From: Eledone cirrhosa
Lineage: Eukaryota
Length of the DNA stretch: 64,000 nucleotides
Direction: 5' to 3'
NCBI GenBank assembly: GCA_964016885.1
Contig: OZ024748.1
Coordinates: 43,090,001 to 43,154,000, forward strand
Notes under the pieces: model-generated
Told to the model about the DNA's origin: nothing
Seen by the model: only the letters and a program-made list of their open reading frames with translations
Database searches by the model: none
Position numbers and translations under genes: made by a program
Shown here: piece by piece, positions 1 through 14,000 of the stretch
Position numbering within the stretch: position 1 is the stretch's first letter
How the letters are laid out: every line of letters starts with the position of its first letter

Positions 1-842
1 ACTGCATGCCTAGACAATATGTAAAGAAAATAAACCGAATACTCTGATGGCTGGATAATCTTTAAGATTTTCCTCGATGAAGCAGGAAAAAATACAGGTT
101 TTCACCTAATGCGGGCCCTAGGGGATCAAGAAAATAAATTTTTTTTATGTGCATAATATGCCTTGAAATTTCGGGCAAATCGGCTAGACGTAACGCCTCC
201 AAAAAGCGCTAGAAAGCTGAAAAAATGAAGTTTTTCACCTAATGCGGGCCCTAGGCCATAAAAAAGTTGGATTTTCTTTGCTCACGGTATGAAGAAGAGA
301 CTGACTAATACATAGTTACAATTTCAAGGAAATCGGTCTGACGTAACGCCTCAAAAAAACCCTAAAAAGCTTAAAAAACGCAGTTTTTCACCTAATGCGG
401 GCCCTAGAGGATCAAAAAGTTGAATTTTTTATGTGCATAACACTCCCTGAAACAGAAGTAATACACATGTAAAGTTTGAAAAAAGTCGGTTGGGTACTTC
501 TGGAGTTTTAGGGATTCAAACTCACAGACACACACACAGACAGACATCCTCAGGGAAGTGATGTAATGCAGACATACAGACAGATATTATAAGGCGCGAC
601 GTTGTACGCATGTATCTATCTAAAAAGAGAAAGACTAAGAATTATAGAGAGAGATCGCTAAATCGCCTAATGTGGTCCCTAGGGCATTGAAAATTTGAAA
701 TTTTGTTTGCTCAGAACACTCCTGAAACAAGTATTACATGTGTAAAGTTTGAAAACAGTCGGTTGGGTGCTTCTCTAGTTTTAGGGATTCAAATTCACAC
801 ACACACACACAGACAGACATCCTCAGTTTTATATATATAGAT
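1..842 (+). mobile_element. Internally repetitive non-autonomous element, Helitron/Helentron-like 3' portion, in a CLASP intron
   Basis: Motif ttttcacctaatgcgggccctag at ~99, ~232, ~385 and degenerate at ~666; ~110 bp block duplicated (~445-553, ~719-826); ends cacacacagacagacatcctcagttttatatatatagat, which resembles invertebrate non-autonomous Helitron-type ends (recalled, not searched). Confidence 0.45.
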
Positions 843-957
843 AACCTATTGAGTACACTGAGATGCAACTGGTCCTAGCAGTGATACCTATGCTAGGTCC
901 ATCTACTTATTATATATATATATGTATATATAATCATATTTCTTCTCTCCCTTCTAG

Positions 958-1074
958 AGTTACGATGACTCTGAAAGTACAGTTCGCAAGGCTAGTGTGT
1001 TCTGCTTGGTATCCATTTATATGGCAGTTGGTGACAATTTACGACCATATTTAAGTCAACTAAATTACAGTAAG
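958..1074 (+). CDS. CLASP: CLASP (CLIP-associating protein) penultimate coding exon
   Basis: Acceptor ttcttctctcccttctag, donor AAG|gtaaat, 117 nt, phase 0/0. Translates SYDDSESTVRKASVFCLVSIYMAVGDNLRPYLSQLNYSK, matching the conserved CLASP C-terminal motif (ES.VRKASVFCLV.IY...L.P.L.QL..SK). Confidence 0.93.
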
Positions 1075-1172
1075 GTAAATATCTCTTACATCTTTTCTTC
1101 AGTTCATTTCATCCTTTTCACATCAAACTGACTAAAACCACTCTTGATTTTTATTGAATTCTCCCATAAATG

Positions 1173-1362
1173 ATTGTTTCTACTTTAGGCACAAAGCCAG
1201 CAATTATCCCAGTGCATTGCTGGTACTTTATTTTATCAACCCCATAAGGATGAAAGGTAAAGTTAACCCCAGCGGGATTTGAGCTCAGGTCATAAAGGAC
1301 CGCAACTCCATGCTGGAAAGCATGGCATCTGACCTTCTACTGATACTGCCAATCCACTGCCC
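1173..1362 (-). mobile_element. tRNA-derived SINE (family with core ctttgcctttcatccttacggggtcgataaaataaagtaccag)
   Basis: Reverse complement of the copy at 52752-52935; flanked by the direct repeat tcccataaat (1162-1171, 1369-1378), a likely target-site duplication. Confidence 0.8.
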
Positions 1363-1704
1363 TAATCATCCCATAAATAATGCCAGGTTTTATTTCAATT
1401 ACATGCAGTAAGTCAGAGGTGTGGCGATAAACACCTGTATAAGCTTGCTATAAGAGCAGGTATTAAATTTACCTTGTCCTTATTCTTAGTGTAAACTTTG
1501 AAAAGTGAAGTTTATCTTAATTCTTTTTAAATAAAAGAAATATTTTTAAAAATTGCATTATTTATTATTTATGAGATGTCAAAATATGATACAAAAGTGT
1601 TTAGAAAGTTTATGAAGCAAATGATGTGGTTTAAATTTCAAAGTATGTATTTGAATGCTATTGAACAAAACAACCATGACATATGAATTATGAGTGTGAA
1701 ATAG

Positions 1705-1878
1705 TTGTAAAGGTAGACTGAGAAAGACCTGGGCAGGGGTGGTGACAGCTGACCTGAAATTGCTGAGATTTACAGAGGAAAGGACAAAGAAACGTGGTCA
1801 GGGGAGAGACACTATGCTGAAAAGGACCTGTCCAACCCATGCAGGCGGGGGAAAACGGATTTAAAGATGATGATGATA
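1705..1878 (+). mobile_element. RTE-clade LINE 3' fragment, decayed
   Basis: Homologous to the 3' half of 9625-10005 (ccaacccatgcaggcgggggaaaacgga plus (GAT)n tail). Confidence 0.6.
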
Positions 1879-2198
1879 TTTTCAACTATTTCTTAGCGAT
1901 GATTCATGCATTGTCATGTTTTGCTCAATAGTAAAAACATACTTTTAAAGTATCTATATTTATCTAAAACCTTTCATCATAGTTTTATGTAAGAACCTTT
2001 GTTAAGTTATGCTCCAAATACCATCTTAATAACGAGAGTTATTTATTTTACTAAATCCCTCCAAATTCCTGATTATTTTCCAAATGTTTTGAAAATCATA
2101 GGCAGTGTCTTACGTTAGATATAAGGTAAAGAACGGGTTAAATTCTATAATTTAGCTCCTTAAATATATATTTATATATACAGCATCTGTACAGTCCA

Positions 2199-2243
<45 letters not shown>

Positions 2244-2516
2244 TGATGTCATTGGTGCCAAGCTGTATCAGACTTTGCCTTTCCCTTGGACAATATTGGT
2301 GGCGTGGAGAGGGGAGACTGGTGTGTATAGGCAACTGGGTCTTCTTCAAACAACCTCACCCAGACTTCTGCCTAAGAGAGGGAACTTTCTAGGTGCAAAT
2401 CCAATGGTCATCCCTGACCGAAGGGTGTCTTTATCCCTATATATATAAATCAAATCCTGTGTGGTCAACTTAGCCTTTCATCCTTCCAGAGTTTGATAAA
2501 ACAAAGTACCAGTTAA

Positions 2517-2724
2517 CCTTTTAACATTTAAACCGGCTGTATCCAGCCAGAACTCTCTCACTTATTTTTGTTCAAACCGGCCATAACTGGCCGCTCATAA
2601 CTACATTAAGGTGTTCTTCTCAAAATAAATAACATCAAAATCTCATATATTTGATATTATGTGAGGTAAAGCTTTTACTGTGAAAATATGACTATATATA
2701 TAGAGTAATGTAAATGGTAAAGGG
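2517..2724. mobile_element. piggyBac-like MITE inserted into a SINE
   Basis: TTAA on both sides (2513-2516, 2725-2728); imperfect TIRs ccttttaacattta / taaatggtaaaggg; interrupts a SINE core (gcctttcatcc...gtaccag before, atactgagg after). Confidence 0.65.
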
Positions 2725-2848
2725 TTAAATACTGAGGTTTATTTAATCAACTTTACCCTTCCTCCAAATTAGAGATGAAGTAATATAATATATAATATAT
2801 GTATATGTATGTATATATTTCTATATATATTTCTTTTCTTACTTTCAG

Positions 2849-2941
2849 ATGAAATTATTGAAGCTCTATATAAAACGAGCTCAGTCACAGAAAGAAGGTT
2901 CAAAAGGTTCCAAATCTCCATTAGCCTCTGCTGATACGTGA
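2849..2941 (+). CDS. CLASP: CLASP terminal coding exon (stop TGA 2939-2941)
   Basis: Acceptor ttcttttcttactttcag; MKLLKLYIKRAQSQKEGSKGSKSPLASADT* continues the previous exon in frame to give the CLASP SKMKLL.LYIKRAQ signature; AATAAA at 2973-2978 and more downstream. Confidence 0.93.
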   Translation: MKLLKLYIKRAQSQKEGSKGSKSPLASADT

Positions 2942-3699
2942 TGCTTACTGGTTGTTTATGTCTGGTTATTGCAATAAAATTTGGCAAGTTTTCAACCAAA
3001 GCTTATACAAGACAAAGAAAAAAATTATCAATAATAAATAAGGAATGAAAAAAACACCTCAATAAAAACACCAACAATTCCCTTTCTCATATCATGTCAC
3101 ATGTCTAACATTTCTCTTATTGTCTCAACTTCTTATGTGAGTCAGTCATCACTTGAAACTATTGCCTACAATGCTCTGTGATCTAATATCCCTCTCCCCC
3201 TTCTCTATCTTCCTCTTCCTCTATCTATTTATCTATCTCTATCTCTCCTCTAGTGCCTGCTCAGCAGTTATTGAACAGTTGATGAACTGCAATATCTCTT
3301 CCTTCTTCTGCCTCTTCCTTCTCCTCCTCCTCCTCTTCCCTCTCAAACTGCAGAGATCAGCAAGCAACAGTTGTAGTACAGTGAGAGGGAGAAGGACTTT
3401 TATCTTTTTACAACTGTATTGCTCTCTGGCTAAAGTGTTGTGTCTGCTATTGCTGCCCTCTTTAATAAATTCTCTAACAATTGAGCAGCTATCTTTTGCT
3501 AAAATATCTCTCATACATATATATAATATACACACAGACACACATACACCACTCTCTCACATACATACACAAAATTAGATAACTTTCAGCCTTTACATAA
3601 GCTTATTGTTACAATGATTTCTTCTTTCTTACTTTTTTTTTCGTTCGTTTCTTTGTTTGTTTTTTCCATTGTCATTACTGTATAGCTGCTGTCCGGAGT

Positions 3700-4115
3700 A
3701 ATTTGAATGTGTCTTGATTTGACCATAGTAGCCTGCTAAATAGCTCAACTTGAGCCTGACAATTGAATATGTCTTGATTTGACCAGAGTAGCTTGCTAAA
3801 TAACTCAACTTGAGCCTGACAATTGAATATGTCTTGATTTGACTATAGTAGCCTGCTAAATAGCTCAACTTGAGCCTGACAATTGAATGTCTTGATTTGA
3901 CCACAGTAGCTTGCTAAATAGCTCAACTTGAGCCTGACAATTGAATGTCTTGATTTGACCACAGTAGCTTGCTAAATAACTCAACTTGAGCCTGACAATT
4001 GAATATGTCTTGATTTAACCAGAGTAGCCTGCTAAATAGCTCAACTTGAGCCTGACAATTTGAATGTCCTGATTTGACCAGAGTAGCCTACTAAATAGCT
4101 CAAGTTGTGCCTGAC
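3700..4115. repeat. 58-60 bp tandem repeat, ~7 copies, downstream of CLASP stop
   Basis: Unit aattgaatatgtcttgatttgaccagagtagcttgctaaataactcaacttgagcctgac repeated directly. Confidence 0.95.
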
Positions 4116-4869
4116 ATGTGTTCTTCCAGGACACTATTATTGCTATACTGGACCACAACTACCGCCAAAACTACTACTACTATTATTATTATAATGTCTC
4201 TGCCAACCAAAACTGAATGGCCTTACATGACATTACTCTACAGGACTCAAGTTGTAATGTGTTCTGTTAAGGATAGCATCTTTTTGCTATGCTGGATGGA
4301 GCAATCTAATCTCTTTTGGGTTTTTTTTTTAGTTTTTTTTTGGCCTGCTGTCTTTTTTTGCAGACGAGAAATATTGGCTGTGTTCTGGAACATTCTAAAT
4401 GTTTCTACCAGCCTAAATCTTGCTATTATTGGTGTGCTGAAGCAATGCAATATATCTGCTGCCAGAGCAACCTCATTATTGCTATGCCACCCATTTCCAG
4501 AGGAAATACCTTAATCCTCTCATCCCTCCATAAAAAAAACTGTCTATATTTTCTAAGTTTTTTTTTTCTGTTTGTTTGTTTGTTTGTTTGTTTGTTTGTT
4601 TATTTAATTATTATTATTATTATTATTATTATTATTTTTTTGTATGGTAGTTTATTAATGTATATATGAAACGAGAATAAATAATATTTAGGATTTGTAA
4701 ATGTGATTTGGTATGGTTTTATAGCTAAATTCAGTTTTTGGCTGCTAAGTAGCTATTGAGATTTCTTCGCCTTCAATTCCCCCCCCCCCCCCAACACACC
4801 CACCTTATTTTTATTATTTATATTATTGTCAATTGATTATTGAAGATATAAATTACTATCAGGAAATTT

Positions 4870-7457
<2,588 letters not shown>

Positions 7458-8356
7458 AGACTTGTTCCCTTAACTTATAAAAAGCTTGTCAATTTGAAAT
7501 ATATCTTGTGAAATAGCTGGGGTGATAAACACAGACTCCACACTTGTGTATCTGTATTCTGTACCCATGCTAAATGTGAGCGTATGTGTGTGTGTCACTA
7601 TATATGAGTGGATGATTGTACTAATGTCTTAATGAACCCCTTCACCAGGCCCCCAAAATAAACATGCCCAGCCCTCCCCTGGCTCCAAAATAAACATGTG
7701 CAACACTCCCCTGTCTTCTAAAAAATTGTTTCACCCCTATTTAAATTATTCCCTTAATATTTTGTTTCTTATCTAACATAACCAGTATCAAATTCCCATT
7801 TAAAACTAAATGGGGTTGGGTAGGTTTTTGTTATACTCTGGGGGTGGGTAGGTTTGTTATATTTTAGGTAGATTTAACCATATTTTCTTTCTTTCTTTTG
7901 TGTGTGTGGGGGGTTGGGTGGGGTCTTCCCAGTTTCTTTGCTAACACCTCCTACTTCTCTGTTTCTTTCCTTTCAAATGTATTATCTCAACTATGTTTAT
8001 TTTTTTAATACTAAAATTACAAAAAAAAACAAAAAAAAATTAAACTTTAAAGGAGAGAAAGAAGTTGGATCTATTTCAGAAAAGTCTGAACATTAAAACA
8101 AAGAACCATTTATAGTTTTTTTCTTCTTCTTTTTCTGACCCCTGACCCTTCCCCCTCCCCACTTCTTTTTGTTAGCAAAGAGAATCACCTGAGCTATTTA
8201 CCAAAGGTTTTATTCATTTCACTCTCATAACATTTATACATTTATTTGCAATAATTTGTCATAGGTTATTTTCAGTTTAAATACACATGCACGCACACAC
8301 ACTTACACTCACACATCCAACACAGTGTGCATACATGCACATTAGTTGATAAAACC

Positions 8357-8399
<43 letters not shown>

Positions 8400-8428
8400 G
8401 TGTGTGTATGTATGTATCTATATAAACC

Positions 8429-8504
8429 CGGGTGTCCCCAAAAAATATATATAGACTTCAACAGCAGATAACTGAAATGTGTATACATTTTTTGGGACAC
8501 CCTG
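8429..8504. mobile_element. 76-bp Tc1/mariner-like micro-MITE
   Basis: Inverted ends cgggtgtccccaaaaaatatata / tgtatacattttttgggacaccctg in TA-rich context; CAGGGTGTCCC-type terminus. Confidence 0.55.
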
Positions 8505-8754
8505 TGTATATATATATATGTGTGTGTGTGTGTGTTGATAAAATCAAAATAGTGTTTGTTTGCAAAGCATGAGTTTAACTTTTATCATTTACTGCCTCCT
8601 ATTGTCAAGATGGGAACAACAACATCCTCAGAACAAGTCTCTCCTCCCCCTCTATTTATAATCATGTATATTTCTGTTTTATATAAATCATTTTTATTCC
8701 AACCAACCCAATTCTCATCTTGCTGCGCTTATCAACAATTTTTTCAATTTTCAC

Positions 8755-8796
<42 letters not shown>

Positions 8797-9212
8797 CTTT
8801 CTCTCTCTCTAAATTAAGTTGTATTTTTCCTACAGTTGTCTTTCTCTATGCTTTACTGGGTAACTGACTATACACAGCTGACAAATAAAATCTTCCACAC
8901 CCTTTACATTGAGTCACTCAAATTTTCATAACTTCACAGTAAATCTCACTTTAAAAAGGAAAAAAACTTTTTGAAATCAAAATGAGATTGTTGATTATTA
9001 AAATTATATATATATATATATATATAATCAGAAGTTCCTGTATAGGGTGAAAGCAAAAATTCTTTGCTTAAACTTAAATCTGTGCTAATTATATTTATAT
9101 ATATATAATGTATGTGTGTAATTAGAGTGGAATAATCTACTATTATTTTGTTTGATCCTATATACTGGCATTACATATATCTCTATAGAAATGATTGTAG
9201 AAATTAAAGATG

Positions 9213-9247
<35 letters not shown>

Positions 9248-9388
9248 AGAAGGAATTTGTAGTTTACTTGAAGCATTGGATATGTTATAAAGAATTCAAA
9301 GTTTGAAAGCCACGACAATGAGGATTGGACGGGGAATAATTAAATCATAAGAAATAGGGGTTGTTTTTTACCTTAATTTATTCATATG

Positions 9389-9426
9389 CCCTGATATTTC
9401 GAGATTAATATCTCTTCTTCCGAGGA
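9389..9426 (-). ncRNA. Minimal type I hammerhead-like fold (core variant U4>G)
   Basis: Minus strand: ucCU-CGGAAGA-a-GAGAU auua AUCUC-GAAA-ua-UC-AGGG; stems I and II pair, palindromic AUAU stem III, one core mismatch. Confidence 0.5.
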
Positions 9427-9584
9427 AAGTAAAGGAACTATTCCAGTGTCCAGTGGGGCTTGCTATAGGTATAGCAGATTTCTTTCATAGAAGAATAGTG
9501 AGAAAGAGATATAGAGGAAGAATCAACCCCAGTACTTGACTGGTACTTTTTTATGGGCTTCGAATATATATATATGATGATGAT

Positions 9585-9624
<40 letters not shown>

Positions 9625-9626
<2 letters not shown>

Positions 9627-10005
9627 AGAGAAATGAGGCAAGCATGCTCCGTTGGATGTGCAGTGTAAATGTGCGTGAACGACCCAGCATAAATGTGTTG
9701 AGAGAGAAACTGTCTGAGAGGGATAGAATGTAGTGTACGGGAGAGGAGACTGAGGTGGTATGGACGTGATGCGCATGGAGGATGACCGATGGGTGAAGAA
9801 GTGCCAGGAAATGCCAGTTGAAGGAAGACATGGTAGAGGTAAACCACGAAAAACATGGGCGGAGGTGGTGAGAACAGACCTCAGATCATTGAAGCTCACG
9901 GTGGAGATGAAGGACTGTGACGAGTGAAGAGATGCTGTGCTGAATAAGACCCGTCCCAACCTTGCAAGCAGGGAAAAGCGGACGTAAAATGATGATGATG
10001 ATGAT
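9625..10005 (+). mobile_element. RTE-clade LINE 3' fragment
   Basis: Translates with frameshifts ERNEASMLRWMCSV...RERRLRWYG...WVKKCQEMPVEGRHGRGKPRKTWAEVVRTDL, a typical RTE ORF C-terminus; ends in a (GAT)n tail; 5'-truncated at a (TA)n tract. Confidence 0.85.
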
Positions 10006-10349
10006 ATATATGGTAGTTTAAAAAACTAATTGCTCAATATATGTTTGTGCTATAAACATAGAGTTTATATTATATATATTAGTCAAAACAGATTTCATGC
10101 TTTCAGCTCTGTAGTTGAGTGTGTGTGTTCAGTTTATGGCACAAGATTTATTCAACAGTTTTGTAAATATAAAATGATAGAGTAAAATAGATATAGAAAG
10201 TAGTATGAAATTATTGGCTGACATGAAGTGGAGAAAAATATTTTAGTTAGGATAATTTCTGTTTTTCAGCACCTTTTGAATCTGTTGGTCATGTTATTTA
10301 AGAGAGAATTTGTTATATCTAGAACATACTTCAGACTTTATCACATTTC

Positions 10350-11009
10350 TCTGTTTTTAATGGAAATATGTTGGGACTATTGCCAGTAATTTAAATACAG
10401 TCTTTGCCTGTTTCTGTCTTAATCAAATGGCATATCTGTTAGATCCTCTGAAGATTTTCTGAAATCCTTTGGGGACAGGTGTGAAGAGTTGGAACAGGAG
10501 GTCAAGAGTTTCTGTAGTAACGCAGACTACAATGCAACAGGTATCCATCCCCAGAAAAAAAGCTTACATTATGATTAACTTCCAACATTAATCCCAGAAG
10601 CTCTCCTTTCCTACAAAAGTGCAGGGTAGCTTTAGAATTAGTACACAACAAGTTTAAAGTCACAGTAAATATATGTAGCTTACCTAATGCAAAGAAGAAC
10701 TAAAGCTGAGAAACTTATCACTGTTGTCCTCTGATGTTAGTAATGTTTTAATAGAATATATTCTTCAGTTTGCAGAGTTTTCAAAGCTCTAGTTAAATCT
10801 CTTGTCTTCTCAGCAAACAGTTTTGCTCCAGGATGATGGCTTCCATGTGTTGAGGTAGGTTTTATATTTGAGCTCGATAGTTACTAGATGTTCAAGAGAG
10901 ACATCATTCAACAGATTGGCACTCATAAAGAATTAACTGGGAACCACGATCACCCATGATTGACTACATTGTGACTATATGGCAGAGAAAGTGAGGCTTT
11001 GAAGGACTC
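10350..11009 (+). pseudogene. Decayed hAT-family transposase C-terminal region (dimerisation domain)
   Basis: Manual translation: DFLKSFGDRCEELEQEVKSFCSNADY, AEKLITV, LIEYILQFAEF, PCVEV and, from 10862, LYLSSIVTRCSRETSFNRLALIKN*LGTTITHD*L, matching the hAT motif VTNCS.ERSFS.L.LIKN.LRSTM.Q.RL; many stops and frameshifts. Confidence 0.75.
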
Positions 11010-14000
11010 CATACAGCACTGGTCAGACATGGCGATAGTTGTGTGTGTGTAGCATACAACACAGACCAGACACAGCAATAGTTGTGTGTGTAGCATACAG
11101 CACTGGTCAGACACAGCTATAGTTTTGTGTGTGTAGCATACAGCACTGGTCAGACATGGCGATAGTTGTGTGTGTGTAGTGTACAGCACTGGTCAGACAT
11201 AGCGATAGTTGTGTGTGTGTAGTGTACAGCACTGGTCAGACATGGCGATAGTTGTGTGTGTGTAGTGTACAGCACTGGTCAGACATAGCGATAGTTGTGT
11301 GTGTGTAGTGTACAGCACTGGTCAGACATGGCGATAGTTGTGTGTGTGTAGCATACAGCACGTCAGGCATGGCGATAGTTGTGTGTGTAGTGTACAGCAC
11401 TGGTCAGGCATGGCGATAGTTGTGTGTGTGTAGTGTACAGCACTGGTCAGACATAGCGATAGTTGTGTGTGTGTAGTGTACAGCACTGGTCAGACATGGC
11501 GATAGTTGTGTGTGTGTAGCATACAGCACGTCAGGCATGGCGATAGTTGTGTGTGTAGTGTACAGCACTGGTCAGGCATGGCGATAGTTGTGTGTGTGTA
11601 GTGTACAGCACTGGTCAGACATGGCGATAGTTGTGTGTGTGTAGTGTACAGCACTGGTCAGACATGGCGATAGTTGTGTGTGTAGCATACAGCACTCGTC
11701 AAACATGGCGATAGTTGTGTGTGTGTGTAGCGTACAGCACTGGTCAGGTATGGCGATAGTTGTGTGTGTAGCATACAGCACTCGTCAAACATGGCGATAG
11801 TTGTGTGTGTGTAGCGTGCAGCACTGGTCAGGTATGGCGATAGTTGTGAGTGTGTGTAGCATACAGAACTGGTCAGGATGGCGATAGTTGTGTGTGTGTA
11901 GCATACAGCACTGGTCAGGATGGCGATAGTTGTGTGTGTGTAGCGTACAGCACTGGTCAGGCATGGCGATAGTTGTGTGTGTGTAGCGTACAGCACTGGT
12001 CAGACATGGCGATAGTTGTGTGTGTGTAGCGTACAGCACTGGTCAAACATGGCGATAGTTGTGTGTGTGTAGCGTACAGCACTGGTCAGACATGGCGATA
12101 GTTGTGTGTGTGTAGTGTACAGCACTGGTGTGACATGGCGATAGTTGTGTGTGTGTGTAGTGTACAGCACTGGTCAGACATGGCGATAGTTGTGTGTGTG
12201 TAGCGTACAGCACTGGTCAGACATGGCGATAGTTGTGTAGTGTACAGCACTGGTCAGGCATGGCGATAGTTGTGTGTGTGTAGCGTACAACACTGGTCAG
12301 GCATGGCGATAGTTGTGTGTGTGTAGTGTACAACACTGGTCAGGCATGGCGATAGTTGTGTGTGTGTAGTGTACAGCACTGGTCAGACATGGCGATAGTT
12401 GTGTGTAGTGTACAACACTGGTCAGACATGGCGGTAGTTGTGTGTGTAGTGTACAGCACTGGTCAGACATGGCGATAGTTGTGTGTGTGTAGCGTACAGC
12501 ACTGGCCAGACATGGCGATAGTTGTGTGTGTGTAGTGTACATCACTGGTCAGGCATGGCGATAGTTGTGTGTGTGTAGCGTACAACACTGGTCAGGCATG
12601 GCGATAGTTGTGTGTGTGTAGTGTACAGCACTGGTCAGACATGGCGATAGCTGTGTGTGTGTAGCGTACAACACTGGTCAGACATGGCGATAGTTGTGTG
12701 TGTGTAGTGTACAGCACTGGTCAGACATGGCGATAGTTGTGTGTAGTGTACAACACTGGTCAGACATGGCGGTAGTTGTGTGTGTGTAGTGTACAGCACT
12801 GGTCAGGCATGGCGATAGTTATGTGTGTAGTTCACAGCACTGGTCAGACATGGCGATAGTTGTGTGTAGTGTACAGCACTGGTCAGACATGGCGATAGTT
12901 GTGTGTGTGTAGCGTACAGCACTGGTCAGACATGGCGATAGTTGTGTGTGTGTAGCGTACAGCACTGGTCAGACATGGCGATGTGTGTGTGTAGTGTACA
13001 GCACTGGTCAGACATGGCGATAGTTGTGCGTGTAGTGTACAACACTGGTCAGGCATGGCGATAGTTATGTGTGTGTAGCGTACAGCACTGGTCAGGCATG
13101 GCGATAGTTGTGTGTGTGTAGTGTACAGCACTGGTCAGACATGGCGATAGTTGTGTGTGTGTAGTGTACAGCACTGGTCAGACATGGCGATAGTTGTGTG
13201 TGTGTAGTGTACAGCACTGGTCAGACATGGCGATAGTTGTGTGTGTAGCATACAGCACTCGTCAAACATGGCGATAGTTGTGTGTGTGTGTAGCGTACAG
13301 CACTGGTCAGGTATGGCGATAGTTGTGTGTGTGTGTGTAGCATACAGCACTCGTCAAACATGGCGATAGTTGTGTGTGTGTAGCGTGCAGCACTGGTCAG
13401 GTATGGCGATAGTTGTGTGTGTGTGTAGCATACAGAACTGGTCAGGATGGCGATAGTTGTGTGTGTGTAGCATACAGCACTGGTCAGGATGGCGATAGTT
13501 GTGTGTGTGTAGCGTACAGCACTGGTCAGGCATGGCGATAGTTGTGTGTGTGTAGCGTACAGCACTGGTCAGACATGGCGATAGTTGTGTGTGTGTAGCG
13601 TACAGCACTGGTCAGACATGGCGATAGTTGTGTGTGTGTAGCGTACAGCACTGGTCAGACATGGCGATAGTTGTGTGTGTGTAGTGTACAGCACTGGTCT
13701 GACATGGCGATAGTTGTGTGTGTGTGTAGCGTACAGCACTGGTCAGGCATGGCGATAGTTGTGTGTGTGTAGTGTACAGCACTGGTCAGACATGGCGATA
13801 GTTGTGTGTGTGTAGCGTACAGCACTGGTCAGACATGGCGATAGTTGTGTAGTGTACAGCACTGGTCAGGCATGGCGATAGTTGTGTGTGTGTAGCGTAC
13901 AACACTGGTCAGGCATGGCGATAGTTGTGTGTGTGTAGTGTACAACACTGGTCAGGCATGGCGATAGTTGTGTGTGTGTAGTGTACAGCACTGGTCAGAC

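Noticed and set aside
2769-2999. Minus-strand ORF with apparent splice sites
   Set aside because: Antisense shadow of the CLASP terminal exon, which has a clear protein match on the plus strand.
3153-4669. Several 67-141 aa ORFs and an acceptor-like ttttttgcag at ~4363
   Set aside because: No recognisable protein motif in any frame; low-complexity sequence downstream of the CLASP stop, probably UTR or intergenic.
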